From Octopus sinensis (Eukaryota), in NCBI RefSeq assembly GCF_006345805.1, contig NC_043000.1:27900001-27964000 (forward strand): a DNA stretch of 64,000 nt, in the 5' to 3' direction. A model generated the notes under the pieces. That model saw only the letters and a list, made by a program, of their open reading frames with translations. It searched no databases and was not told the origin of the DNA. The position numbers and the translations under genes were made by a program. Shown in pieces: positions 27,060-40,950 of this stretch (position 1 is the stretch's first letter; the number at the start of each line of letters is the position of its first letter).

Positions 27060-27565
27060 GGCGCGGCCGTGTCATAAGAATCTTGCACCCCAGTCACATG
27101 GTTCCGGGTTCAGTTCTCCTGAGTGACACCTTGGACAAGTGTCTTCCAATATAGCCTTGGGCCGATCAAAGCCTTTTGATGATGTATAGAGTGAGGTTAA
27201 TAAATACCAGAGAACCAATTCCTGTAAACTTTACATGGGTATATGTACAATAATTAGTGACAGAACAATTAGAAAAAAAAATACGTCGCGTGCTTGGAGA
27301 AAAGTGAAAGACTTAGTATATGAAAACTGAAAGAAGCCCTTCGTATGTATATGTGTGTGTCTCTTTGTATCTGTGTTTGTCTCTACATCACCTTTCGAGA
27401 ACCAGTGTTGGTGTGTTTACGTCTCCGTAACTTAGTGGTTTGGCAAAAGAAAGTGATAGAATATTAAAAAGAGCGCTGGAGTCAACTCATTCGACGAAAA
27501 GTTCTTCAAAGCGATGCTGCAGCATGACCACATTCTAGTAATTGAAAGGAGTAAGTAATAAAAGG
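27060..27565 (+). mobile_element. Degenerate SINE-A carrying a 140 bp foreign insert
   Basis: SINE-A motifs either side of 27177-27317. Confidence 0.75.
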
Positions 27566-27690
27566 TGAATTTATCTTATAGCGAGACTGAATTTAAAATC
27601 CATCAACATATCGCCTTATTTCTAGCTGAATTAAGCAAAGTTAAGTAATTTTTCATTTATCATTTTATCTGTCTTTCAATAAACTCTCCT

Positions 27691-28113
27691 TACCCTCTTT
27701 TACTCTTTTACTTGTTTCAGTCATTTGACTGTGGCCATGCTGGAGCACCGACTTTAGTCGAGCAAATCGACCCCAGGACTTATTCTTTGTAAGCCTAGTA
27801 CTTATTGTATCGGGCTCTTTTTGACGAACCGCTAAGTTACAGGGACCTAAACGCACCAGCATCGCTTGTCAAGCGATGTTGTGGTGACAAACACAGGCAC
27901 ACAAACATATACACACACATGCACACACATATATATATATATGCATATATACGACGGGCTTCTTTCAGTTTCCATCTACCAAATCCATTCACAAGGTTTT
28001 GGTCGGCTCAAGGCTATAGCAGAGGACACTTGTCCAAGGTGCCACACAGTGGGACTGAATTCGAAACCATGTGACTCGTAAGCAAGCTACATACCACACA
28101 GCCACTCCTACTC
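27691..28113 (-). mobile_element. SINE-A
   Basis: Full head and tail motifs. Confidence 0.9.
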
Positions 28114-28677
28114 CTGAATCGGTAATTTTTACAGATTTTGGCACTATGAGGTTGACACTTATTCAAATACCATATACTGAAGTATGTACTTGTATCCAGC
28201 CTAAGATCCGTTTAATATTGGCCTAGAGAGCAATCTGAAAGGATTTTCCGGTGACGTGCACTGGAAAACTTTTATCTACATTCCTCATCGGAAGTTTTAA
28301 TCGAGCGTACAAAATTTCGGTTGCCACCTTCTTTTGTCATACAAGTCGCTACAGTTCTTATTTATGGAAAATTCTGGAGATAAAGCAACTCTAAACTTCT
28401 ATTATAGAACCGTATATAATGAAAACAGAAATTAATGTGAATCTCTATAAGTTTGACTTGTATTTTCTGGTGTCTGTAATTTGTAGGGAATCCCTTTCAA
28501 TGTTGGATAGAACGAAATTAGTATTTGATGCTTCTGGTGATTAACAAGGGAGTTAATCTATTCAAGTTAAACTGAGAATGTTATGCCAAAAATTTAAGGT
28601 GTACAGAGTGTATACTATTATCCTTTTTCTTCGCAGCATAAAGTTCTAAAATGTTTTAGTCGTTCGTAGCTATTGTA

Positions 28678-29516
28678 CGAGGTGTGGGCAAGATTGTTGC
28701 CATAGTAACGAAGAAGCTAAAGCACGCAAAGTAAAGCTGCCGGGCAAAGATTGACCTTGAACTCTGTTTTGCATGCGCACTAAGTTTTAACGTTGTAACT
28801 CACTTCTGCTGTTTACAAAAATAGTTGGAAGTAAAGGTGTGTAGCGTGTGATCGTTACATTGACCATGACAGAAATTTGTCATGGCGACACCTGCTCAGA
28901 GCCCTACGTAAATTTGCTGAAAATGTATGAAAAGAAGTGTATGGGTCGCATTCACGTGTACATGTGGTTCAGACCTTTCCAAGATGGCCGACAAAATGTC
29001 GATATTGAGATTCGCAACTAGCACAACTGAGAAAAACATTGCAGATATGCGTGCAGCTTTGAGGGGAAATCGCCGAATCACCATCTGTGAGTTTTCAGAG
29101 AATGTGCAGATTAGTTACGGTTCAGTTAAGTCCATTATCACTGAACATTTGGGTATGAAACGCCTGTCTGCCAAGTTTGTGCCGAACAGACCCCCGGATT
29201 CCGTTGCACAAGATTTTCTTGATTGTGCCGAGAGTGATGGAAACCTTTTGAAAATATTGCGTAGGCCACTTAAGAGGTATCGCCAAGCTTTTGGAAAACT
29301 TTGCTGCAGATTCTCTGCTCAACTTTCGCTTTCATGGTCACTGCGATGATCACACACAACACACCGTCCTTCTAGGTTTCAACGTGAGTTACAATGTTGA
29401 AACCTAGTTCATATTCGTAACAGAGTTCAAAGTCAATCTTTGCGAAGGAGCTTTACTCTGCATGCTTCAGATTCGTTACTATGGCATGAGTACGCATACT
29501 TATTGATCAGACCTCG
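28678..29516 (+). mobile_element. Mariner transposon, internally deleted, long TIRs
   Basis: TA|CGAGGT...ACCTCG ends, ~100 bp subterminal IRs; N-terminal HTH: VYMWFRPFQDGR..NRRITICEFSENVQISYGSVKSIITEHLGMKRLSAKFVP. Confidence 0.88.
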
Positions 29517-29702
29517 TTTAGTGCAATTTCACTTTTCTTTGAAATGATCAGAACTAACGTGAGAAAAATAGATTATGCTAAATTCAACATTTTACGAATT
29601 CAGGGGAAAATAGTTTATAATTTAAGGATTTTTTATGTTTTCCCCCAAAATCGTTAATTTTTTATTTAGTTTTATTTGCAGTAGAAAAGAGAATGAGTGA
29701 GA

Positions 29703-29757
<55 letters not shown>

Positions 29758-29899
29758 ATTTCTTACATTTAGATTGATTCAAATACGTATTATTAATAAT
29801 AACTTTGCGAATATATGGGTTATTAAATTACAATTTCATGCTAACAGAGATCAATGTGTCTCTGCAGTAAAAGCCCCTACATTTTTGCATTGTAAGGTC

Positions 29900-30020
29900 A
29901 TAGCTCCGGCACTACGGATATTTGGTTAGAATATCGCGAGAAGGGATCGCATGAAGGTTTCTTCATGCCGAGCCAACCGGCAAGGGATCCAGGGATTGAC
30001 TAGGAAGGATGCAATTAGGT
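29900..30020 (+). mobile_element. Possible RTE LINE C-terminal remnant
   Basis: LRIFG*NIARRD...KDAIR resembles LR.FGH.AR motif. Confidence 0.35.
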
Positions 30021-30831
30021 AATACCAATAGACTAAGTAGGTTATACTTTGGAATCCAGAAGGAAAGTATAATGTCTATCTGCTGTATAAAGTATAATGT
30101 CTACCCTATGTTCCTCCCAGAAACAGTGGTTGGCCAAAATGGATAAAGGAATGGATATTCATTATTATAGCAAACATTTCAATCGACTAGCATTAATAAT
30201 CATTACAGTACTTTAAGATTAAATTTTCTAAAACGTCTGAAATATTCCAAAATTAAACAGAACAGAAGTATTATATGTTTACCTATGGTGTATATTCCTC
30301 ATAGTAACCGAGAGCTACATAACATGTTCATTTTAAAGTTCTTTCAGTAGCGTTAATATGAAACAAACAAATGTGTTGTGTATAAGCATTTTGAGTATTC
30401 TGTCACATAGATTTAGAAAAAACGTCAGCGGATGGTCTCAAACACAAGCTAATCTCATTAGCTTTTGACTTGCAAACAAACAATGACTGATGAGAATAAA
30501 TAACTTCGTCTATCAAAAGCACTTAAATCTGATGATGTATAGAGTGAGGTTAACAAATACCAGAGAACCAATTCCTGTAAACCTAACATGGGTATATGTA
30601 CGATAATTAGAATGACAGAACAATTAAAAAAAAAATAAAAGTAGATTGCGAGGTTGGAGAAAAGTGAAAGAATTAGTGGTAGGTAGACACAACAGACACA
30701 AAAATCAATATATAGGTTTCAACAAATATAGGTACGTCCACGTGGTTCGGTTTATCACTGCACTTTCACTTTCACTTTATCCAAACAGACACACACGCAC
30801 ACAGACACACACACACATAAATACACACACG

Positions 30832-30887
<56 letters not shown>

Positions 30888-31085
30888 CGTGGTATGTGTG
30901 AGCGAGTCTACGTATATATGTATTTTCGAGAATTGGTTGCTAGGTATAGCATGATAGATATTTATGAATACACATACACACACAGGCACGTATACACAAA
31001 CACATTTATATATATATATATATAGATATATAATATATGAATATTATATATATTATATATATATTTATATATATATATGTATATA

Positions 31086-31161
<76 letters not shown>

Positions 31162-32365
31162 CATTGCCTGCATGTGTGTATATATGGGTGACATGGTAAA
31201 AAATTTGTTGAATAGGATTGATGTAAATATAATGTAATATACGTTTTCACAATAAAAATGGAGAAATTCGCTAGAAAAGAGAAAAATCGACTGACGTATT
31301 TAGATGAAGGTTCCTTTCAACGAAATGTGACATAAATAAAGAAATGAATGTCGAAGAAGTCGAATTCTGCTATAAAATGAATCGTATTTATTCCATTATT
31401 TAGAATAAAATCAGATATATTTCAACTAAAGTAAAATATAAAATTCGAAGGCAAAATTGTATATAATACTGATCAGCGCATTATAATGGCTGAAGAACAG
31501 ACATCGAGATAAATTTAACACTTAAGATATATAGAAATGGTCATATAAATAAATAATGAATCGCTACTGCCGACGGTTAAATGTGGAAATATATTATGGT
31601 TATTCTATGAATTTGTAAATTTAAATCATTATTAAATTTCTTCGCTGTACAGACTCAACACTCTCCGTAATTTCTTCTACGCTTGACGTTTCGCTCTCAC
31701 CTGCTGAAAATAACAGTAAAATATCAGCTAAACATAGTGTACCTTTCTTTGAAATGGAAGGGAATATTGGATAATTTAGTCTTAGATACAATGTGACCGA
31801 ATAAAATATGTTATTGATTTTCAATTACTTTGGGAATCAAATCAAAATTTGTACGCATAAAACAGTCAGTTTGTACCCAGAGTGGCAGAGACGCAAAGGA
31901 ACTTTTTGCTTTTTTAAGTTTATTTTATTTAGAAAATTTAATATCGTAAATGGAAAAACTTCTTTTCGCCTTATTTTTTTTCGTATTTTTTTTTTGACAC
32001 TCTCCCCGTTTTCTTTCTCTCTTTTCTAATATCTTTACTCACATAGGCACGCACTAACTCATTCACTCGTGAATAAATTGAAATACAAATTCATATTTGT
32101 GTACACAAGCGGGTAATTGTTTAACAGTTAGGTGAGAAGTCATCTCCTGTAATAGATTGAACCATACTGGTGTTGATATTTCGATTTTGAAGTGTAGGAA
32201 ACATTTAAGTGCAATTTTAAAAGTTTCAGCATGATAATTTTATCTAATCTGGAATGGGGCTGTAGAAAAGTACTCAGAAAAAATATGAAACTTACAAAAT
32301 GAGTACGATCCTTTGGTTCGCTAAAATATAAAATGGAGAGTGTTCGCATTATTTATAGTCATTTT

Positions 32366-32872
32366 AAGGTGGCAAGCTGGCAGAAACGTTAGCACGCCGG
32401 GCGAAATGCTTAGGGGTATTTCGTCTGCCGTTACGTTCTGAGTTCGAATTCCGCCGAGGTCGACTTTGCCTTTCATCCTTTCGGGGTCGATAAATTAAGT
32501 ACCAGTTACGCACTGGGGTCGATGCCATCGACTTACTCCGTTTGTCTGTCTTCTCTGTTTAGCCCCTTGTGAGTAGTAAAGAAATAGGTATTTTGTCTGT
32601 CTTTACTTTCTGAGTTCAAATTTCGCCGAAGTCGACTTTACCTCCCATCCTTTCGGGTCGATAAATTAAGTTCCTGTTGTATGCTGGAGTCGATTTCATC
32701 GACTGGCCTCCTCCCCCAAAATTTCAGGCCTTGCGCCTGGAGTAGAGACGGTTATCGTCATTTTAAGTCCACGATTGGACAGAATCATTAGCGTGCCGGG
32801 CAAGATACTTAGCCGCATTTCTTTCTAAGCATTTCGTCCGGCGTGCTAACGTTTCTGCCAGCTCGCCGCCTT
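32366..32872 (+). mobile_element. SINE-D (two units) followed by two head fragments in opposite orientations
   Basis: Head at 32366; second unit from ~32590; head fragments ~32763 (+) and ~32826-32872 (-). Confidence 0.85.
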
Positions 32873-35399
32873 GATTCTATTACAATGTTGTTATATATTT
32901 CATTGCAATATATTGTTATATATTTATCTGTCACTCGACCTCAATACTTGACTAGAATTCTATTTTATCAAACTCAGAACTGAGATACAATATTAATCGG
33001 AGAGAGATTTGAACTTTGAATGTAATGAGACCTTCCTAAATAGTACTCTAATAATTCTGAAAATCCAGCCATCTTAAGCAATCAATAATATATTACTATA
33101 ACAGTTATTTCGCTTTTTTTATTTTCTTAATAAATAAATATAAATATATTTATAATGTCGGTTTATCCCACTGTGATTTACCGTTCTTCTTCTATATCTA
33201 TTTACTGTACCGCAAAAAAATCTTTATAGGCAGACATTAAATCAGATTAGTGAAAACGTTTTGCAGACGGACAGGTGGGAATGAATCGATTATTTATTTT
33301 TAACAATAACCATTCAATAAATCAATATAATTACAGACACCAATAATGTGTTCGGCGAGTGGTGTAAATTTAGAAAACTAATATAATCCATTGTTCTTGG
33401 ACTTCTGCCTCTATATCTTCCTTTGTATATCCTGTCCTTAGCTCCCTAACAAATATAGAAACCCAACATATATTGTTTAAATTCTAAAGAATAACAGGTA
33501 AAAAAATATTCTCTAATTATCATTGACTCATGAAGTGGGTAATTATTCTAATTTTCTGTGTAAATGTTTTATATGAGACACCAAAGTTATTTTAATGGAC
33601 GAAAAACTATTGTAAGTTGGCTTTCATGAATGACAGATTTTTAAATTGAAAATTTACTCATTAAAAGTAACAGCTGATTTGAAAGTAAATTAACTAGGAA
33701 CGATATCGTGTTTAGTTAGTCTAAAATTATATATCAAGTCATTGATACTCTAATTCCGGGAGTAATTGATGTTCAATCGTAGTACTGTTCTCTGGTTTAC
33801 AGCTTTTAATGTTCGTTACACATGTATGAAGGATATGTCAATACAATGACAAGAAAACAAAAACTATAATTTTGACAGTTCGTATTTCGTAACCGATAGT
33901 ATTCTATAGTAATCACCAGTGCATTTAGCAAGGTATAAATAGACGAATATCATTCACTGCATTTCAGAAACAAAACTTAATCGATTGTGGCTATTACCGA
34001 TTTGGCGCAACTCAAACCAAATCAAGCAAACCTATAATAAAAAGCGGTCAAATATGATCAACCATACTTGTTTCTTGAACTATATTACCGTTTTTTTTTT
34101 GGGGGGGGGGGTCAAAACAAGACGTGTTTTTGATAGGAAGTTTATTTTTAATAGTCGAATCACCACGTAAATATTACATTATTTGTCCAGATATTAAATT
34201 AGATGTTGTGAAATAATTCCTCTATTTATCGGTGTAAATCGAAGTATATAAAGCTATAGATGATAGCGTATAAATATTGGGTTAACAAGCCTTTGAAAGG
34301 AAAAAGCTGAAGTCTGCCATGCTTTTATCTTCCTTGGTTTCAACCGTTAAAAACAATTTATTTTACGTCTCTCAAAGTTTGTAATTTCTTATTAAACAAT
34401 GTTTTTTTGTTTAGTTTCTATATTGTCATTCATATTTTTATGTAGCTGTGTTTATCCCATGACAGAGACATCCCCACTGTAGCACAGGATCAAGAGATCC
34501 TACCATAACCGATTAAGTATATGAAGTTTCTGTTATGCTATGGAGGCGCTGAAGATCTTCAGTGATAAGGATTAATCCGATGTGGATTTTGTTGAATAAT
34601 TCTCAATTCGATTATTGTGGGGAATGGAACACTTGCTCTTTAAAAAAAAATACAAGATGAAGGAGACAAACTAGCTGTGGGCAAGAAAGGAATAGAGAAA
34701 GATGTTGACAGTGATAAATATGGATGTGTCGCGACTGTAGGAGAGTGGGCTGAGAGAAAGAGACAGAGACAGACAGAGATACAGAAAGAGAAGAAGACAG
34801 ACATACAGACTGAAAGATAGACAGAAAGAAAGACAGACAGAGTGAGAGCTGATATGAAATGACATAGGGAAATGCGAGGTGAGAGGAGTGAAAAAGTGGG
34901 CGACAAAACATCAGAAAGAAAACAAACAATTGAATGTCGGTCAGGGTCCTGTAAAATAGAATTTGCAGTGTATGGATTGGTTGGTCTGTTTAGCACACCG
35001 AAGAAATGTATCGAACAAAGTCGTACTGGAAACCACATGGACACATACAGTCATGCACTTTATAGGACATATGCGCACAGCAGTACAGACAACCAAATAC
35101 TCATATATCTTATCGTATAGGCACTCACATACTTATACATCTTGTCTTACATGCACCAACATACTCACATACCTTGGTTGTACAGGCACAGTCATGTAGA
35201 GGTTTACAGGAAAATCCACTATATAAGCACGGTGAGGGTCGAAGGCTTGTAAATAGGCGCACACAGAAATAAAAATGAAGTCAAGAAACTGATGAAAATG
35301 GTAGAGGAGAGGGAACCCAAATGGGAAAGTGGGTGAACAGCAAAATCAGAGTATATAGAGGGGATTGTGCATACCATGGATAGCAAAGCTGAAACACTG

Positions 35400-35700
35400 C
35401 ATAGCAACTCATCATGTCCCACTCTTACCAATGTAAATCTTCCAATCTTATGCAAGCTCTTCAACGCATCCGATATTGGGTTGTAGGCCGAAGAATGGTG
35501 TAATCACTTCTGTGAACAGCTCCCCATGTCCGTAAATCAACACTCAACTTCAGCTCAATCCCGTACTCTTTATTGCAACTCACCTGGACCTAGGAGTAGG
35601 AACATCCAGCATCACGAGTAGAAGCGTCGATTTTCAATTTGGGATGTTCTCCCCTACCTGTTCATATCATGTCTATCCACCTTAAATTCCTTTGATATCT
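35400..35700 (+). pseudogene. Highly decayed PLE GIY-YIG endonuclease
   Basis: CKLFNASDIGL*AEEWCNHFCEQ resembles CxxCxxxYIGETxRxLxxRFxEH; downstream FQFGMFSP resembles FQLGTLxP. Confidence 0.45.
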
Positions 35701-35960
35701 ATCTTTATTTGCCATCCTTCCTCTGCTCACCATCAGAGTTCTCCTCCTTCCAAGCTTCTGTTCACAATTAGCCTTCATTTTATATTTGTCTTTTTCTCCA
35801 TCCATTTGTGAGTATATGTTTGGAAGTTCTGCATCTTATAGCATTTTTTGAATGTTGTGTTTCTGTTAGTGAGTAGATGGGAACATATCAGTGTTTGATG
35901 TTGTGCATGTGTCAATGAAAATGTCAGCTTCAGAACACTTGCATAAAGTCGCATATATTA

Positions 35961-36521
35961 TTGGGTTGTCCGGAAAGTTCGTACTCAGTTTTAAAGGAAA
36001 GAAAACGGTCAATAAATAATTGCCATTACATTTTAAATCAACCAAATATGAACCATTTTATGACACAGCGCGTCTGCATCTCTCCTTTAACTTGAAATAC
36101 CCTCTTCCCAGAATTGAGGTGTGTTCTGCCTAAGAATTCATCAAGGTATCATTTTACGTCATCCAAGAAATTAAAATTTTTACCGTTAAGACTATTCTGC
36201 AGAGACCTGAATAAGTGGAAATCCGAAGGGGCGATATCTGGTGAATATGGAGTGTGGGATAACTCGTCCTATCTGAGCTGCAGCAATTTCTTCTGGTGCC
36301 CAATGCATCAAGTGCCAAAAATGAACTTTCTTATCTTCCATTTTAAAGTGTTACAGAATTAACACAGATTATAGGAACATAAAACTTCTTCCACGAAAAG
36401 ATAAGCTTAAATGCTCTAAATGGAGGTGTAGTCAAATTCTATTTTATGGACTCAACCATGTTCTAAAATAAGTCGAGAGGTAAGCTACTACAAATCAGCA
36501 CGAACCTACCGGACAACCTAA
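35961..36521 (-). mobile_element. Mariner (DD34D-type) deletion derivative
   Basis: TA|TTGGGTTGTCCGGAAAGTTCGT ... ACGAACCTACCGGACAACCTAA|TA; minus strand HTPYSPDIAPSDFHLFRSLQNSLNGK. Confidence 0.92.
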
Positions 36522-37518
36522 TACATCGCCTTATTAGTTCCGACTAATTTCAAATCCTAACAAGGTCATCTTAACATTTGTATCCGGGAGAGTCGATAAA
36601 TGAAAATACTAATTTGCTTGTGTGATTCATGCTTCTTTTACTCAATTTGGATTAACTACAATCCAAAGGTCCGTCTGTCTCACAATATCAGGTGCATTCA
36701 ATGGAGAGTTTTTGCGTTAAAGATAAATGTGTCTGTAGAATTCTAAATCACTTGGACATTAAATTCGTGAGAAGGAATTCAGTTGATCCAGCAACGAAGT
36801 TCTCAGCGACGAAACAAGTATTGAATCAACCATCGCGGTATATGATAACTGAATAATTGATGAATGCACTATTATTTCAATTATCAAGTATCATTCGAAC
36901 ACTCCGTCTAATAACACACTGAGACTGCAACTCTGAGTACGCTTGTTCGTCCTCATTCCAATTTCATCCTCAACTAACGCCCACATCCCGCATCATTTAT
37001 TAGCAACGAAAATTCAAGTCTAATTCATTGCATTTGCCTCCTCATTTGCGGCCTAAATGCAACCCAAAGAAACGTTCGTATACTAGACTATAGATTTTTC
37101 ACTTTTTCAGTGTAATAGTAAAGAATGAACGTCAATAATTAACTGATCCAAATAGGGAATGCATAACGAAACTACAGATAGCCTATGGAGCGCATGCGCA
37201 AAATAAATGATATTTTGCGACAAACGACACTTAATCGAACAATATTAATACGTATATATGTATATGTGCGTCTGTGTGTGTGTGTGTGTATCTGTGTGTG
37301 TATAAAGATATATATATATATATATAAAGAGTTATATCAATATATACATATATATATATATATATATAAAGTGATATATGAATATATAAATACATATAAA
37401 CATATATACATATATATGCTTGCATGCGTATATGTATATTCATAAATATAAATATATATGTATATATGAAAATAGACATGAAGATACGAATACATATTTA
37501 TATACAAACATGTAAATA

Positions 37519-37562
<44 letters not shown>

Positions 37563-37583
<21 letters not shown>

Positions 37584-39079
37584 ATGTATACATACATATA
37601 TATATATTACATATTGCATATATAACTTTGTATATGTGTGGGTATATCAGATCTAATCGTATATTATCATCAAATGTTGGCCTACCAGACTTTAAATGAA
37701 TAATTCTAAATTCATTTATACGGATTCAGCCTATATGAGCAAATTAGACTCCAGCTCATAACATCTCTGCATGCATCATTGCAACATATATCCATCCATA
37801 TTCATTGCTGCCTACATACAACACATGTTATCGGCATTGTAATACAGAAAACAGTGTCGGAGAAAGTTAATGCTAAACATTGATTGTTTTAAAAGTAAAT
37901 GACTTCAGCGGAACACAGTGGTAACGTTATGAACTTGGAATAGCAGCCTTGTGACAAACTGTTTAAATGCTTTACAGTATAGACCGAGATTTCTTTACGC
38001 ATGTGAACGACGTTAAGCAGACGATAACTGTGCACATTTCTGTTGGCCTGTATATATTTTTGGGAGATAGGTTTCCTTTGTCAACTAGATGAAAACAGCC
38101 GCCCAGCAGTTGTGTGTCCTTAGCGATGTTCACTCTGGTACAAGATTTCGATGAATATAGATTCGATTCCTATGTTTTCCTTTTCACTCCCAATAGCTTT
38201 GTAAACGTGTCATGAATCCTGTGCAACGGCCTTTGAACACGCTATTAAACTACTCAATATGTGCTATTCAATGCCGCTTCAACACAGAAGGTGGGAGTTG
38301 CTTCCTTGCTATTAAATTAGTGGACGTGAAAAAAACAAAAAATTTTAAATTTTACTTTAATTATGAAACTTGTTTATGTAACAAGATACTATTTAAATCT
38401 ATTTATGTATGTATGTATATATATATATATATATATAAATTTTAAAATAAGGATAAAATCTTTTTGTAACTACTGATAATTTCTTATAAAGATTTTATCC
38501 TTATTTTTAAATTTATATTTTTCACCGGCATAGTTCAATACTGAATTTTTGTTCCGAGTAAGCAATTTGTAACCGAAATGCATTGCGAAAAAGCCCGCCA
38601 ATTTCATAGATATGTAAAGATAAACATTCGTACATGCTGCGGCGAATTCTACGGTTGGTTGTCGGGTATGTGATGATGTGTTTTTTCTTATATGTCTTGA
38701 GTTCGTTGCACTGAAGAGCATAGAATGCATACTCTGCATTGATTGCGAAATCACAGGTGATATGTAACTAAATTCTGTTTTTAAATGACTCGCTTTGAAG
38801 TTTTGCATTCGGTACAATTTGTTTATTTTAGTAGTTTTGACTACCTATGAATAATAATACCCTGGATATATATGGATGGATATATGTTGCAATGATGCAT
38901 GCAGAGATATTATGAGCTGGAGTCTAATTTGCTCATATAGGCTGAATCCGTATAAATGAATTTAGAATTATTCATTTAAAGTCTGGTAGGCCAACATTTG
39001 ATGATAATATACGATTAGATCTGATATACCCACACATACAAAGTTATATATGCAATATGTAATATATATATGTATGTAT

Positions 39080-39115
<36 letters not shown>

Positions 39116-39123
39116 GCGCGCGG
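37563..39123. repeat. Near-identical ~240 bp inverted repeat (37563-37801 / 38870-39112)
   Basis: Direct reverse-complement match; right arm flanked by 22 bp direct repeat. Confidence 0.95.
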
Positions 39124-39148
39124 TACCTATGAATAATAATACCCTCTG

Positions 39149-39189
<41 letters not shown>

Positions 39190-39217
39190 CATAGATTATA
39201 TATATATAGATATATAG

Positions 39218-39260
<43 letters not shown>

Positions 39261-39268
39261 TGTGCATA

Positions 39269-39338
<70 letters not shown>

Positions 39339-39349
39339 TATATATATAT

Positions 39350-39385
<36 letters not shown>

Positions 39386-39557
39386 GACATATATATAAAG
39401 GTAAGCAGAGTTAGCGGTTATAGTAACCGACAAAAGGATAAAATATCCGTATTTACTATCGGCATCAGTTACCTGTGTTACCTCTGTGTATGGGTATGCA
39501 GGCACACTATGTCGTAGGGTACCGGTAATAACAGAATAAACAAAGATTTGTCAAAAT

Positions 39558-40046
39558 TCAAATTTAAATAATCAGAAAATGAAAACTTTAGATTAACAAC
39601 TGTAGATTATTTTTAAAATGACAAAACATGATATAACATTTATGTGACACAACAATTCTTACGGCCGTTTCCGCTAGACTTTGGCTACTGACTTCGAAGC
39701 CCTACTATGGAAGATGCTATGATTTTAATATATTAAGCCTCCTGGCTTCTAATCTAATCTATGATTTCCTTCTTATACCCTCATCCTATTGTTTATTTAT
39801 GGAAGCGTTTGTATTCACTCTGATGAAGCTCTATGTACTAATTCGAATATCCTATAAGATGAGGTGTGTTATTCTTGCAATACTTTCGTAGGCACTGACT
39901 GGCATTGGAAGCGGAAACGGCCGTAAAAATTGTTATGTCACATAAATTTTATGTCATGTTTCGTATTAAAAAATAATCTACAGATATGGTATAATTAATT
40001 TTTTTGTTGATCTAACGTTTTCTCCATTATCTGATTATTTAAATTA
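39558..40046. mobile_element. PLE-type foldback remnant with ~120 bp inverted arms
   Basis: 39558-39675 is rc of ~39910-40046; hammerhead motif overlaps right arm. Confidence 0.7.
39813..39930 (+). ncRNA. Hammerhead ribozyme fold with extended stem II
   Basis: CTGATGA (39820-39826) ... GAAAC-GGCC-GTA (39914-39925); helix I imperfect. Confidence 0.55.
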
Positions 40047-40499
40047 TATATATATATATATACGCACACACATACACACACGCAAATATATATAAATATA
40101 TATGTATATATATATATATATATAATATATATATACTTCCTCTCTTCACTCCTACCCACCTTCTCCCTTCATTGATTCCCCCTCCATCCACACACAGTCC
40201 CACACATCCCACTCCCACATACCTCACTCCCTAGCCCCACAACTCCACCCCCATATCCTCACCCCAAACCCACACCCCACCTTCACATCCACACACCGCC
40301 ACACCACACACCACCATACCAGCCCACATCACCCCTCACACACTAGCACTGACCACTACCTTAACCCACAACATCATCTACACACCCACAAATTTCAGAC
40401 GCACACACACATGTTCACATCCAGACGTCAAAGTCAACAGCCCCTATCCAATGCACACACTTACACACTCTCACTTACACACTCGCACGCGCACCTTCA

Positions 40500-40667
40500 T
40501 TTTGGGATTACCAGTACTTTATTATCTCCCCTTCTTCCTATCTCTCCAAGCGAACTACCTTTTTCTAACCAGTCGTCATAATTGACCGCTAAATCCACAA
40601 GTTCTCTTTAGTCTCTCTGTTTATTTCCTCGTTTTCTTTTCTGTTGAAAGCGTAGGCTCGAAACGTG
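40500..40667 (+). mobile_element. PLE-derived repeat ending in hammerhead-like motif
   Basis: CTTTT-CTGTTGA-AAGCGTAGGCTC-GAAACGT, truncated by (GT)n; same family as 45953-46115. Confidence 0.55.
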
Positions 40668-40676
40668 TGTGTATTT

Positions 40677-40722
<46 letters not shown>

Positions 40723-40734
40723 ATATAGATATGT

Positions 40735-40950
40735 TGGTCTCGAATTTTAGAACGAGGTCAGAAATTTAGGGGACGAAATTAAGTCGATTATATCGGCCCC
40801 AGTGTTCAACTGATACTCATCTTATTGAACCCAGAGGAATAAACGGTAGAATCTACCCCGGCGGAATTTGAACTCAGACTGTATAGACGGACGAAATGCC
40901 GTCGAGCATTTTGCATAGCGTGCTAACGATTCTACCAGCCCGACGCCCTT
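40735..40950 (-). mobile_element. SINE-D
   Basis: GGCGGAATTTGAACTCAG...TGCTAACGATTCTACCAGC. Confidence 0.8.

Noticed and set aside
30487-30600. CTGATGA motifs at ~30487 and 30529 (also 53606-53612 minus, ~55518)
   Set aside because: No properly placed GAAA plus cleavage triplet and helix I
31621-31724. Possible exon AGESETSSVEEITESVESVQRR after a minus-strand acceptor
   Set aside because: Runs into a stop without donor site; no homology recognised and no neighbouring exons
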